Of a DNA stretch of 64,000 bases, positions 19,048 to 27,632 are shown one piece after another. Both the position numbers and the translations under genes were made by a program. The notes under the pieces were generated by a model. The model was not told the origin of the DNA. It did no database searches and saw only the letters and a list, made by a program, of their open reading frames with translations. The DNA is from Coprococcus eutactus (GTDB lineage: Bacteria > Bacteroidota > Bacteroidia > Bacteroidales > UBA932), in assembly GCA_963615835.1 (NCBI GenBank), contig CAVEIF010000001.1, forward strand, positions 7,466-71,465. The letters run 5' to 3'. Position 1 is the stretch's first letter; each line of letters begins with the position of its first letter.

Positions 19048-20244
19048 ATGAAAACTATGGAACACTTCGGGAGGATAATTTTTCCAATCTTGCTTGCAAT
19101 CCTCTCTTCATGCAGCAAAACCGGGTCACATTCTTATTACTTGCTTGATGATCCTGTTGATGACCCGCAGACATTCAGTTTCGGTCTGGATCAGGTGGCC
19201 CGGGTTTTTGCTGCTCTTCCCATAGAAAGTTCCCAGATGAATGAAGTTTATGACGCCGTCTGCGGGTCGTGTGAGAACGGTTATGATGAAGAATATACCA
19301 TGTCGCAGCTTTTCTCCTCGCCGGGCTGTGGGGTGGGAGAGTCTTCCACCAAGTCGGTAAAGAAGTATGCGCGTCCGATGCGGGATCTTCTTAAGGATTA
19401 TCTGTCTGAAAATGAGCAAACCAAAGGCGTGCCCTTCTCGGCGGAGGAGTTTTTGGAAGAATTGGAAAAGTCTGATCTTCAGATTTATTGGCCTTATTCC
19501 GAGGATTGGAACAAGGAGACACTTCCTGTGATTACCTTCGATCCGGGCTATGGTTCGAATTATAATTATGGCTATGAACTGACACGCAATTCCCGCGGTG
19601 AATTGGTGGTGCAGGAGATTATGGTGGACGAGAGCGTGGCGATGAGTCGTCCCGTATGGGTGATAAACCGTAATGACGACGCTTCGTCCAAGCCTTTGCC
19701 TCTGTTTGAACCTTTGTCCGACATCTCTTCTGTGGAGAAAGAATCTTTTTCGAGGTCAGAACTAAAAAGTGTAAACAGGATATTGCGCATGAAGAGTTTT
19801 ACGATGCTGCGCAACTATGACCCTTGGTTCAAGGGAGGTTCGGAATTTTATGTCAAGTGCGGCAGTGTCAACGGGTTCAGTGCCTCCACGGAAGCGGAAC
19901 TTAAGCTTTATTCTCCAAGTGTAACGGATTTCATGGTGTCCGTGAAGCGTAAGTATCTTAATGTCGAGAGGGAGTATAATGCCATAATAATGACCAATTT
20001 TACCAATCAGCTTGAGAATCTGGCGTTTTTGGTGACGGAGGATGACGGAGGGACGCAGACTTCGTGGAAGTGTTCGGCCACGGTGAAGATAAAGTCCAAG
20101 AGTTATGGTTTCGACGTGGAGATTCCTTATAGGGAGAATGACGATATAGTATGGCGCGGGCAGCTTTCGGCTTCTTTTTTTCAAAGTGAAGATGTGGTGA
20201 CCGGGCGTTTCGGGGATGTAATCATCAAATTTGAGCTGGAATAA
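19048..20244 (+). CDS. Hypothetical lipoprotein (weak resemblance to DUF3103)
   Basis: Lipobox LSSC; C-terminal 'DPWFKGGSEFYV' and 'TEDDGG' recall DUF3103 motifs, unverified. Confidence 0.6.
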   Translation: MKTMEHFGRIIFPILLAILSSCSKTGSHSYYLLDDPVDDPQTFSFGLDQVARVFAALPIESSQMNEVYDAVCGSCENGYDEEYTMSQLFSSPGCGVGESSTKSVKKYARPMRDLLKDYLSENEQTKGVPFSAEEFLEELEKSDLQIYWPYSEDWNKETLPVITFDPGYGSNYNYGYELTRNSRGELVVQEIMVDESVAMSRPVWVINRNDDASSKPLPLFEPLSDISSVEKESFSRSELKSVNRILRMKSFTMLRNYDPWFKGGSEFYVKCGSVNGFSASTEAELKLYSPSVTDFMVSVKRKYLNVEREYNAIIMTNFTNQLENLAFLVTEDDGGTQTSWKCSATVKIKSKSYGFDVEIPYRENDDIVWRGQLSASFFQSEDVVTGRFGDVIIKFELE

Positions 20245-20313
20245 TGACCGGCTTTTCGAAATGTTGTTTCAATTTGCTAAATTCGCCTTTTGAAATAACC
20301 GTTACCAATAACC

Positions 20314-20937
20314 ATGAACATTCATAATTTGCACAAAGCACATCCTTGGCATGGGATAGCCCTGGGCGGGAACGCGCCGGAAGAGGTCAGGGCATTTATC
20401 GAGATAGTTCCGACAGATACGGTGAAGTATGAGGTGGATAAGGAATCCGGATATCTTTCGCTTGATCGGCCGCAGAAGTTTTCGAACATAGTGCCGTCCC
20501 TATATGGTTTCCTTCCTAAGACGTATTGTTCTGTAAAGATGGCAGAATTGACGAACAGGGCGCTCGCAAGGTACGATATAGAGGGCGACGGCGACCCGTT
20601 GGACATATGCGTGCTGACGGAAAAGGATGTTACTCACGGAGACATCATCGTCATGGCGCGTCCTATCGGGGGCTTGCGTCTGCTGGATAACGATCAGGCT
20701 GATGACAAGATTATAGCGGTCTTGAAAAATGACGCCGTATATGGACATTTTAAGGATATAGATGAGCTTCCGAAAGATATCACGAGGCGTCTTATCCATT
20801 ATTTTACGACCTATAAGGACATTCCGGGGGACAACACTCAGAGAATGAAGTTCATCAGCATTTACGGAGCACAGGAGGCCCGTGAGGTCATCTCCCGTTC
20901 GATGTCCGATTATGAGGACCTCATAAATTTAAAATGA
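20314..20937 (+). CDS. ppa: Inorganic pyrophosphatase (family I)
   Basis: 'HPWHG', 'KYE.DK', 'YGF.P.T', 'DGDPLD', 'DDKII'. Confidence 0.95.
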   Translation: MNIHNLHKAHPWHGIALGGNAPEEVRAFIEIVPTDTVKYEVDKESGYLSLDRPQKFSNIVPSLYGFLPKTYCSVKMAELTNRALARYDIEGDGDPLDICVLTEKDVTHGDIIVMARPIGGLRLLDNDQADDKIIAVLKNDAVYGHFKDIDELPKDITRRLIHYFTTYKDIPGDNTQRMKFISIYGAQEAREVISRSMSDYEDLINLK

Positions 20938-20951
20938 TTTTTGTCCAAAAG

Positions 20952-20982
20952 TTTGGGAATATAAAAAAAGTCTTTATCTTTG
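20952..20982 (+). promoter_or_regulatory. Bacteroidota -33/-7 promoter for tRNA-Gly
   Basis: TTTG (20952-20955), 19-nt spacer, TATCTTTG (20975-20982). Confidence 0.8.
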
Positions 20983-20992
20983 TACTCCCATT

Positions 20993-21065
20993 GCGGAAAT
21001 AGCTCAGTTGGTAGAGCGCAACCTTGCCAAGGTTGAGGTCGCGGGTCCGAATCCCGTTTTCCGCT
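20993..21065 (+). tRNA. tRNA-Gly (anticodon GCC)
   Basis: GCGGAAATAGCTCAGTTGGTAGAGCGCAACCTTGCCAAGGTTGAGGTCGCGGGTCCGAATCCCGTTTTCCGCT cloverleaf. Confidence 0.97.
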
Positions 21066-21067
21066 CG

Positions 21068-21097
21068 AAAGAGTTGCAGAGTTGCAGCTCTTTTTTT
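21068..21097 (+). terminator. Intrinsic terminator after tRNA-Gly
   Basis: AAAGAGTTGCA-gagt-TGCAGCTCTTT stem running into a T tract. Confidence 0.85.
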
Positions 21098-21157
21098 GTT
21101 GTGGAAAGGTATATCTAAAATAATCCTTAACTTCGTAACGATTACAGGTTCGTGATT

Positions 21158-21937
21158 ATGACAGTACGAGATATAGAAAATGCCATAGAGAAGAAAGCCC
21201 CTCTCTCTTTACAGGACGGGTTCGATAATGCAGGACTTCAGGTAGGCTGTGAATCTGCCGAGGTTAGCGGTGTCCTGGTGTGCCTGGATGTAACGGAAGA
21301 CATTATAAATGAAGCATTTGATAGAAAATGTGATATGATAGTGTCTCATCATCCGCTCCTTTTTTCTCCCCTGAAGCGTGTGAGCGATTTCACCTATCAG
21401 CAGAGATGCGTATGCGCAGCTCTGACGGCAGGGGTCAGCATATATTCCGCTCATACTAACCTGGATAATGCCAGAGGCGGAGTGAACTTCAAGATGGCCG
21501 AGAAAATAGGCTTGAAGGATCTTCAGTGGCTGGAAGAAAAGCCGGGAGCGGATGCCGGGAGCGGCCTTATAGGCGATCTGCCGGAAGAAGTCGGGGCCGA
21601 AGAATTCCTTTTGGGGCTGAAGGATATTTTTGAAGTTAAAGCATTGGCATACAGCGATGTGCCTTCGGAAAAGAAGATTTCCAAAGTGGCTCTTTGCGGA
21701 GGCGCCGGTGCGTTTTTGATTCCTAAGGCGCAGGAAAAAGGAGCGGATGCATTTGTAACAGGAGAGATTCGCTATCACGAATTCTTTGAAAATGAAGGTA
21801 TGCTTCTTGCCGCGCTTGGACATTATGAAAGTGAACAATTCACGATAGATCTGATCGCTGACATCATTCAGAACGCTTTTCCGCATCTGAAAGTCGAAAA
21901 GGCGTGGAAGAACACTAACCCCATAAGAGTGAAATGA
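21158..21937 (+). CDS. Nif3-like dinuclear metal center hexameric protein (YbgI/YqfO family)
   Basis: 'DNAGLQVG', 'SHHPLLF', 'HTNLD', 'GHYESE'. Confidence 0.93.
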   Translation: MTVRDIENAIEKKAPLSLQDGFDNAGLQVGCESAEVSGVLVCLDVTEDIINEAFDRKCDMIVSHHPLLFSPLKRVSDFTYQQRCVCAALTAGVSIYSAHTNLDNARGGVNFKMAEKIGLKDLQWLEEKPGADAGSGLIGDLPEEVGAEEFLLGLKDIFEVKALAYSDVPSEKKISKVALCGGAGAFLIPKAQEKGADAFVTGEIRYHEFFENEGMLLAALGHYESEQFTIDLIADIIQNAFPHLKVEKAWKNTNPIRVK

Positions 21938-24339
21938 AAATAAAGAATATAATCGTCGCGGTCCTGATGTCGATGGTCGTGTCGTCTTCCTATGGACAGG
22001 GTCTTCCGAAACTCAAGTGTGCCGACGAAGTGGTTCATGGCGAGTTCCCCAATGGCGTGGAATACTATTTCATAGAAAATACTCCGGTGGCCGGACGTGC
22101 CGATTTCGCCCTTGTTCAGATAGGGGATTTCAGCGTAAGGGAGACGCGGCATACCTTTGTGGATTCGGAACATATCGATGTAAAGGATTATCTGTCGCGA
22201 AGCGGCGTGCCTTATACTGAGGACGGGTTCGTATCTTACTATGATGGCGCCAGAGTTTTTCGTTTTCCCGATGTGAACGTGAAGGAAAGGTCTGTGGCAG
22301 ACAGCACTTTTCTGATGATGCTCGATTTCATGCTTCAATCTTCAGGCCCGCAGTCCATCATAGTTTGCGGAGACATCGACAACGCCAGTTTCAAGGAGAG
22401 GTTCAACACACTCTCTCTGGTCGTCCCTAAGGTGCAGCAGCAGGAGTATGAAAGCACTATCCCCAGGGAAGGTTCCATGTTGAGGAATGATTCGGAAAAA
22501 GGCAAGGCGACGTTTTCGTTTCAGGCGGGGACCGTCAGCGCGGAGCATGCCGGCACGGCCGTACCCCTTATGTCCGAGTTTCTTTTCCTTCAGACGAGAA
22601 ATATCCTGAAAGACAGACTTGAATTGGCATTCAAGACAGAGCGGATACCATATTATATGGACATATCCAAGACGGAGATGAATATCTGTTTTGAACCTGA
22701 GTATGAAGAACTTGCGCGCGAGATTATCAATGATGCCATCTCTGATCTGTATTCGGGAGGAGCTACATTTGAGGAACTTGCTTATGCCAAGCAGCTGGCA
22801 CTTCCGGACATCATATCTACGGGCTTGAAACCTGGTAAATCCAATTCTTTTTACGTCGAAAGGTGTGTGTCGTCGGTGATTAACGGTACCAATCTGGCAT
22901 CGGAGGAGACTTTGCGCAGTTTTTTCTCGCGGCGTAAGATTTCTCATAAGAGGGAACTTGAACTTTTCAACAATTACGCCCGCGCGCTTTTTTCTTCCGA
23001 AGGCGAGGACGGGGTGGAATTCAAATATAAAAGGCAGTCGCGTCCGGATTTGTATGAAATGTTGAAAGTTCCGGCCAGAGGCGTCAAATTGGCCAATGTT
23101 ACTACGGATCCGTTGACGGGAGGCAAGCATTGGACTTTCAGTAACGGGCTGAAGGTCATATATAAGTATCTTCCTTCCACTGAAGGATTCCAATTCTGCA
23201 TGTCTCAGCGTGGAGGTGCGGTGTCCATGGAAAATCTTTATCCCGGAGAAAGCAGGTTCCTTTCAGACATGTTCTTGCTTAACCGCTATTCCGGAATCGA
23301 AGGTTGCGAACTGGACAGAGCCCTCAGAACAAAAGGGATAGAGTTTAAGTTCGACGTGTCCCTGGAAAATACGCGTATAGAAGGGCACGCTCCCGGTCCC
23401 CAGATTTCCACGGTTCTTAAGGCCCTTTTGAAATTCGCCTACGACAGGCAGCCTGACAACGAGGCTTTTGAGTTCTACCGCGAGTGTCAGCAGTTGCGCT
23501 CGTCCACTGAACTTCCGGACATTTATTCTGTAATGGACAGTCTTATGTGCAAGGATTTTGCCTATCAGGCAAACAGTTCGGCATATAACATCAAGGACGG
23601 TCTTCTTGAGAGAGCAGATGCTTATTTTGATCAACGATATGCCAATGTCAGTGACGGTGTGTTCATCTTTATCGGGAACATAGACGAGGCTGAACTTTTG
23701 GGAGAATTGTGCCGGTATATGGGTTCTTTCGACGTTTCCGGGCCTTATGCCGTAAAGAAAACCGTCCGTTATGCTCTATATAGCGGGCGCAAGACCTTCA
23801 TAGAGACGGGAGACGATGCCAGCGTCAATCTCGCTTCCACGGGTCTTATTCCTATGGATATCAACAACTATCTGACTTTTCTTCTTGCCAGGGAAGCCAT
23901 AAGCCGACAGCTTTCCAAAAACCTGTTTCAGGTGGGGATGTACGTGGAGGTGGAAGGACGTATGGACATAGAGCCGTTGGAAAAGGTGTCGTATTACGTA
24001 ACTCTCAAATCCTGTCCTCAGGACGGGCTTCCGGAGGGAGTGGAATCGCTTGATCCGATGGATGTCATAAATGAAGTGAGGGAGGAATTTTCCCGTATGC
24101 AGTATCTGGTGGTCAGCGACGAAGAATTCGCAAGCTATAAGGAGATAGTTAAAAAACAGATAGAGCGGGAGTTGTCTTCGCAGGACGGGATGATGGACTA
24201 TGCTCTGTACAGGTATTCTTTCGGACGGGATTTCACCACGTCATATAAGAATAAGCTGGATGCGCTGGTAGTGGATGATCTCAGGTGGCTTCTTGAGGAA
24301 GTCATATCTTCAGGGATTGTAGAATATATCGTAAAGTAA
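21934..24339 (+). CDS. M16 (insulinase/PqqL-like) peptidase homologue lacking HxxEH, secreted
   Basis: Signal peptide; 'GEFPNGVEYY...GRADFALVQ' and second-half 'WTFSNGLKVI...RGG' match the two M16 N-domains; no HxxEH. Confidence 0.7.
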   Translation: MKIKNIIVAVLMSMVVSSSYGQGLPKLKCADEVVHGEFPNGVEYYFIENTPVAGRADFALVQIGDFSVRETRHTFVDSEHIDVKDYLSRSGVPYTEDGFVSYYDGARVFRFPDVNVKERSVADSTFLMMLDFMLQSSGPQSIIVCGDIDNASFKERFNTLSLVVPKVQQQEYESTIPREGSMLRNDSEKGKATFSFQAGTVSAEHAGTAVPLMSEFLFLQTRNILKDRLELAFKTERIPYYMDISKTEMNICFEPEYEELAREIINDAISDLYSGGATFEELAYAKQLALPDIISTGLKPGKSNSFYVERCVSSVINGTNLASEETLRSFFSRRKISHKRELELFNNYARALFSSEGEDGVEFKYKRQSRPDLYEMLKVPARGVKLANVTTDPLTGGKHWTFSNGLKVIYKYLPSTEGFQFCMSQRGGAVSMENLYPGESRFLSDMFLLNRYSGIEGCELDRALRTKGIEFKFDVSLENTRIEGHAPGPQISTVLKALLKFAYDRQPDNEAFEFYRECQQLRSSTELPDIYSVMDSLMCKDFAYQANSSAYNIKDGLLERADAYFDQRYANVSDGVFIFIGNIDEAELLGELCRYMGSFDVSGPYAVKKTVRYALYSGRKTFIETGDDASVNLASTGLIPMDINNYLTFLLAREAISRQLSKNLFQVGMYVEVEGRMDIEPLEKVSYYVTLKSCPQDGLPEGVESLDPMDVINEVREEFSRMQYLVVSDEEFASYKEIVKKQIERELSSQDGMMDYALYRYSFGRDFTTSYKNKLDALVVDDLRWLLEEVISSGIVEYIVK

Positions 24340-24953
24340 TGTTGGACAATCGTTTCGGAACTATAATAGAGATAGGGGACATTCTTGTCTCCGAGGATGT
24401 CATCAGTGAATATTTCGCTTGTGATTATGGCAAATGCAAGGGGGTATGCTGCGTGGAGGGAGATTCCGGTGCGCCGGTTCTTCAAGAGGAATTGGATTCG
24501 CTGGAGGAGGGTTATCCTGAATACAGCGCCCTGATGAGCGAGGGAGGACGTGCTTCTGTGGAGAAGAACGGCTTTTTCGTCATAGACAGGGACGGAGACA
24601 TCGTGACCCCGCTTGTCGACGGCTCCTGCGAATGTGCATATTCGCATTTTCTTTCCGATGGGTCCTGTCTTTGCGCCATAGAATGTTGCCACCTTCAAAA
24701 ACCTGTTTCCTGTAGCCTTTACCCTATCAGAGTTACCGACCTGGGAGGAGGAAGAGTGGCGTTGAACTTACACAAATGGCGTATATGCAAAGACGCTTTC
24801 CGTAAGGGACGCGAGGAGGGATGCAGAGTATATCAGTTTTTGAAGGGACCTCTTGTCAGGGCATACGGAGAAGATTTTTATGAAGCGCTTTCGGCGGCGG
24901 CAGAACATCTTCTGTCCGGAGCGGAGAACGGTAAAAAGGCAAAAACCAGATAA
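24339..24953 (+). CDS. DUF3109 family Cys-rich protein
   Basis: 'FACD..KCKG.CCVEGDSGAP', 'KPVSC.LYPIR', 'FLK.PL.RAYG'. Confidence 0.88.
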   Translation: MLDNRFGTIIEIGDILVSEDVISEYFACDYGKCKGVCCVEGDSGAPVLQEELDSLEEGYPEYSALMSEGGRASVEKNGFFVIDRDGDIVTPLVDGSCECAYSHFLSDGSCLCAIECCHLQKPVSCSLYPIRVTDLGGGRVALNLHKWRICKDAFRKGREEGCRVYQFLKGPLVRAYGEDFYEALSAAAEHLLSGAENGKKAKTR

Positions 24954-24955
24954 AG

Positions 24956-26719
24956 ATGAACATTTACGCACAAAGAATAGAAAATCTGCGTCTCTTTATG
25001 CGCAGCCGCGATATGGACGCTATCGTTTTCTATGGCTGTGATCCTCATATAAGTGAGTATCCGGCCCTTCGTTGGAAGCAAGTCGAGTGGCTTACCGGAT
25101 TTACCGGCGAGGCGGGCGATCTGGTGATAACTGCCGATCACGCCGGCCTATGGACCGACAGCCGATATTTTATCCAGGCGACAAGGCAGCTGGAAGATAC
25201 CGGGGTGTCATTGCATAAGACCAGAATCCCGGGCGCTGTAAGCATAGAGGATTGGCTTAAGGCTCATCTTTCTGAAGAGGGGGTTATTGCGATAGATTCC
25301 CTTTGCACTTCTGTGGAATCGTACAAGTCGCTGTGCGGCGTGTCCAAGGTGCTCTGTATCCCCGACATGCTCAATGTTTTCTGGGAGGATCGCCCATCGG
25401 TGGTGCAGACTCCCATTTTTACCGTCAACCCGGGGGAAAGCAGAGAGGAAAAGATAGCGTGGCTTCGCGAAGAAATTTCGCGCCGGGGATGTGAGTATTT
25501 TCTTATAGCTTCGCTTGACGAGATAGCGTGGCTTCTTAACGTGCGTGCCGGCGATGTGGAATATAATCCTTTCGTCATATCATATCTTCTTGTGGGATTG
25601 GAAGATATGAAGTGGTTTGTGCTTAGGGACGAAGTGGAGGATGACAGCACGTCCAACACTCTGGACACGCTCGAGGGAGAGGGTGTGCAGATCTGCCGTT
25701 ACGATGAAGTTACCATTGAACTTCAGAGCCTTGCGGAGGGCCGTATCTGGGTAGATGAAAATGCTCTTAACGCTGAGGTATATTCTTCCGTCAAATGTGA
25801 AATTCACAGTGAGAAAAGCCCTATACAGTTGCGCAAGGCGGTAAAAAATCCTCTTGAGATAGAGAATATGAAGGAGGCGCACATAAAGGACGGTGTCGCC
25901 ATGGAGAAATTCCTTTATTGGCTGGAAAACGGACTTGAGAGGGGTGAGAGCATCAGCGAATGGGATGCGGCGGTGAAACTGCACGAATTGAGAAGCCGGG
26001 CGGAGGATTTTGTCAGTGAGAGTTTTGAGACCATCTCGGCCTATGGAGAGGGTGCCGCCCTTCCGCATTATCATACTCCTGTGAAGGATGCTCCTCGTCT
26101 TTATCCTCAGGGACTGTATCTTAATGACTCCGGAGGCCAATATCTTTGCGGGACCACGGACATAACGCGTACGGTTCCGCTCGGCCCTTGCTCTATGCAG
26201 CAGAGAAGGGATTATACGCTTGTCTTGAAGGCACATATAGGTCTTGCCACGGCGGTTTTTCCTAAAGGGACTCCCGGATGCAGGATAGATGCTGCGGCCC
26301 GATTGCCTTTATGGCGCGAGGGTCTTGATTTCGGGCATGGCACAGGGCACGGAGTAGGGTATTTTCTCGGCGTTCACGAAGGTCCGGGTCAGATAAGGCA
26401 GAATATGGATGCTTCTCCTGTCTTGGAAGGGATGATTTTTTCCGATGAACCCGGTCTTTACCGTGAAGGGGAGTATGGCATAAGGCATGAAAATCTTCTT
26501 CTGGTGGTCCCGTGCGTAAAAAATGAATTCGGGGAGTTTTTAAAGTTCGAGCCCATTACCATGTGTCATTTCGATACGTCCGTCATCGATGTCTCTCTTC
26601 TTGACAAGTGGGAGGTGGACTGGATAAACACGTATAATCGCAGGGTATTGGATAACATTGGCCCGTTCCTCGAAGAAGACGAGAGGCGCTGGCTCGAATT
26701 TAAGACTGAAAAAGTCTGA
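24956..26719 (+). CDS. Aminopeptidase P family (Xaa-Pro aminopeptidase, M24B)
   Basis: 'DPHISEY', 'WTDSRYF.QA', 'DSGGQY..GTTDITRT', 'HGTGHGVG..L.VHEGP', 'EPGLY', 'GIRHEN'. Confidence 0.95.
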   Translation: MNIYAQRIENLRLFMRSRDMDAIVFYGCDPHISEYPALRWKQVEWLTGFTGEAGDLVITADHAGLWTDSRYFIQATRQLEDTGVSLHKTRIPGAVSIEDWLKAHLSEEGVIAIDSLCTSVESYKSLCGVSKVLCIPDMLNVFWEDRPSVVQTPIFTVNPGESREEKIAWLREEISRRGCEYFLIASLDEIAWLLNVRAGDVEYNPFVISYLLVGLEDMKWFVLRDEVEDDSTSNTLDTLEGEGVQICRYDEVTIELQSLAEGRIWVDENALNAEVYSSVKCEIHSEKSPIQLRKAVKNPLEIENMKEAHIKDGVAMEKFLYWLENGLERGESISEWDAAVKLHELRSRAEDFVSESFETISAYGEGAALPHYHTPVKDAPRLYPQGLYLNDSGGQYLCGTTDITRTVPLGPCSMQQRRDYTLVLKAHIGLATAVFPKGTPGCRIDAAARLPLWREGLDFGHGTGHGVGYFLGVHEGPGQIRQNMDASPVLEGMIFSDEPGLYREGEYGIRHENLLLVVPCVKNEFGEFLKFEPITMCHFDTSVIDVSLLDKWEVDWINTYNRRVLDNIGPFLEEDERRWLEFKTEKV

Positions 26720-26786
26720 TTTTTCGTTTATTTTTCTTAAATTCGCGGTTCGTGTGTATAAAAAAGCCGATGAAATAATAATAAAT

Positions 26787-27632
26787 ATGAAGAAAATTTT
26801 AGTTTCTCTTTGTTCACTGTTGGCCACAGTGACGATGGCAAGTGCGCAGGACATTAATCAGGCCACGGATTTGTTCAACAATGCGGTAAGCTACTATTCC
26901 GCAGGGAATCTCGATTCTGCCATTGACAGTTTCCATAAGGCTTTGGATATCGCCAAGAAGTGCGGGGAAGACGGTATAGAGATAGCAACTGACTGTGAAA
27001 CATATATTCCGCAGCTCGGTGAGCAGCTTGCTAAAGATTATGCGTCCGACGGCAAATATCCTGAGGCCATCGCCAAACTTAAGGAAATATCAGCTCTTTG
27101 CAATTCTCTTGGTCTCAAGGAAGACGCAGCCAAGCTCGAAAAGAAAATCCCTCAATTCTATATGCAGCAGGGAAGCCAGGCCGTAAAGGATAAAAAGTAT
27201 GCCGAGGCCATCACGGCTTTTGATAATGTTCTCGCCATAGACCCTGAAAACGGTAAGGCCGCCCTTCTCAAGGGTCAGGTGCTGGAGGCAAGCGGGAAGA
27301 TAGACGATGCTCAGGCTGCTTATGAACTTGCCCTTGCCAATGGTCAGGAGAAGGCTGCCAAGCGTCAGCTCACCAAGACTTATCTTAAAGAGGCCAAGGC
27401 TGCCAGCGGAGCGAAAAATTATACTCTTGCGCTTTCAAGTGCGAAAAAGGCCATTTCTTATGACTCTACGGAGGCTAACGCCTATTATATAGGAGGTATC
27501 GCTGCTCAGAATCTTAACAAGGACGCGGAGGCTATCTCCATGTTTGAGAAATATCTGGAACTTAAACCTGCGGCAAGTAACTCTCAGGCCGTTCGACAGG
27601 TGGTGGAAGCTCTCAAGAAAGGCAAAAAATAA
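26787..27632 (+). CDS. Secreted tetratricopeptide-repeat protein
   Basis: Signal peptide MKKIL..ASA; several TPR-like helices ('AEAITAFDNVLAIDPEN', 'AISMFEKYLELKP'). Confidence 0.85.
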   Translation: MKKILVSLCSLLATVTMASAQDINQATDLFNNAVSYYSAGNLDSAIDSFHKALDIAKKCGEDGIEIATDCETYIPQLGEQLAKDYASDGKYPEAIAKLKEISALCNSLGLKEDAAKLEKKIPQFYMQQGSQAVKDKKYAEAITAFDNVLAIDPENGKAALLKGQVLEASGKIDDAQAAYELALANGQEKAAKRQLTKTYLKEAKAASGAKNYTLALSSAKKAISYDSTEANAYYIGGIAAQNLNKDAEAISMFEKYLELKPAASNSQAVRQVVEALKKGKK

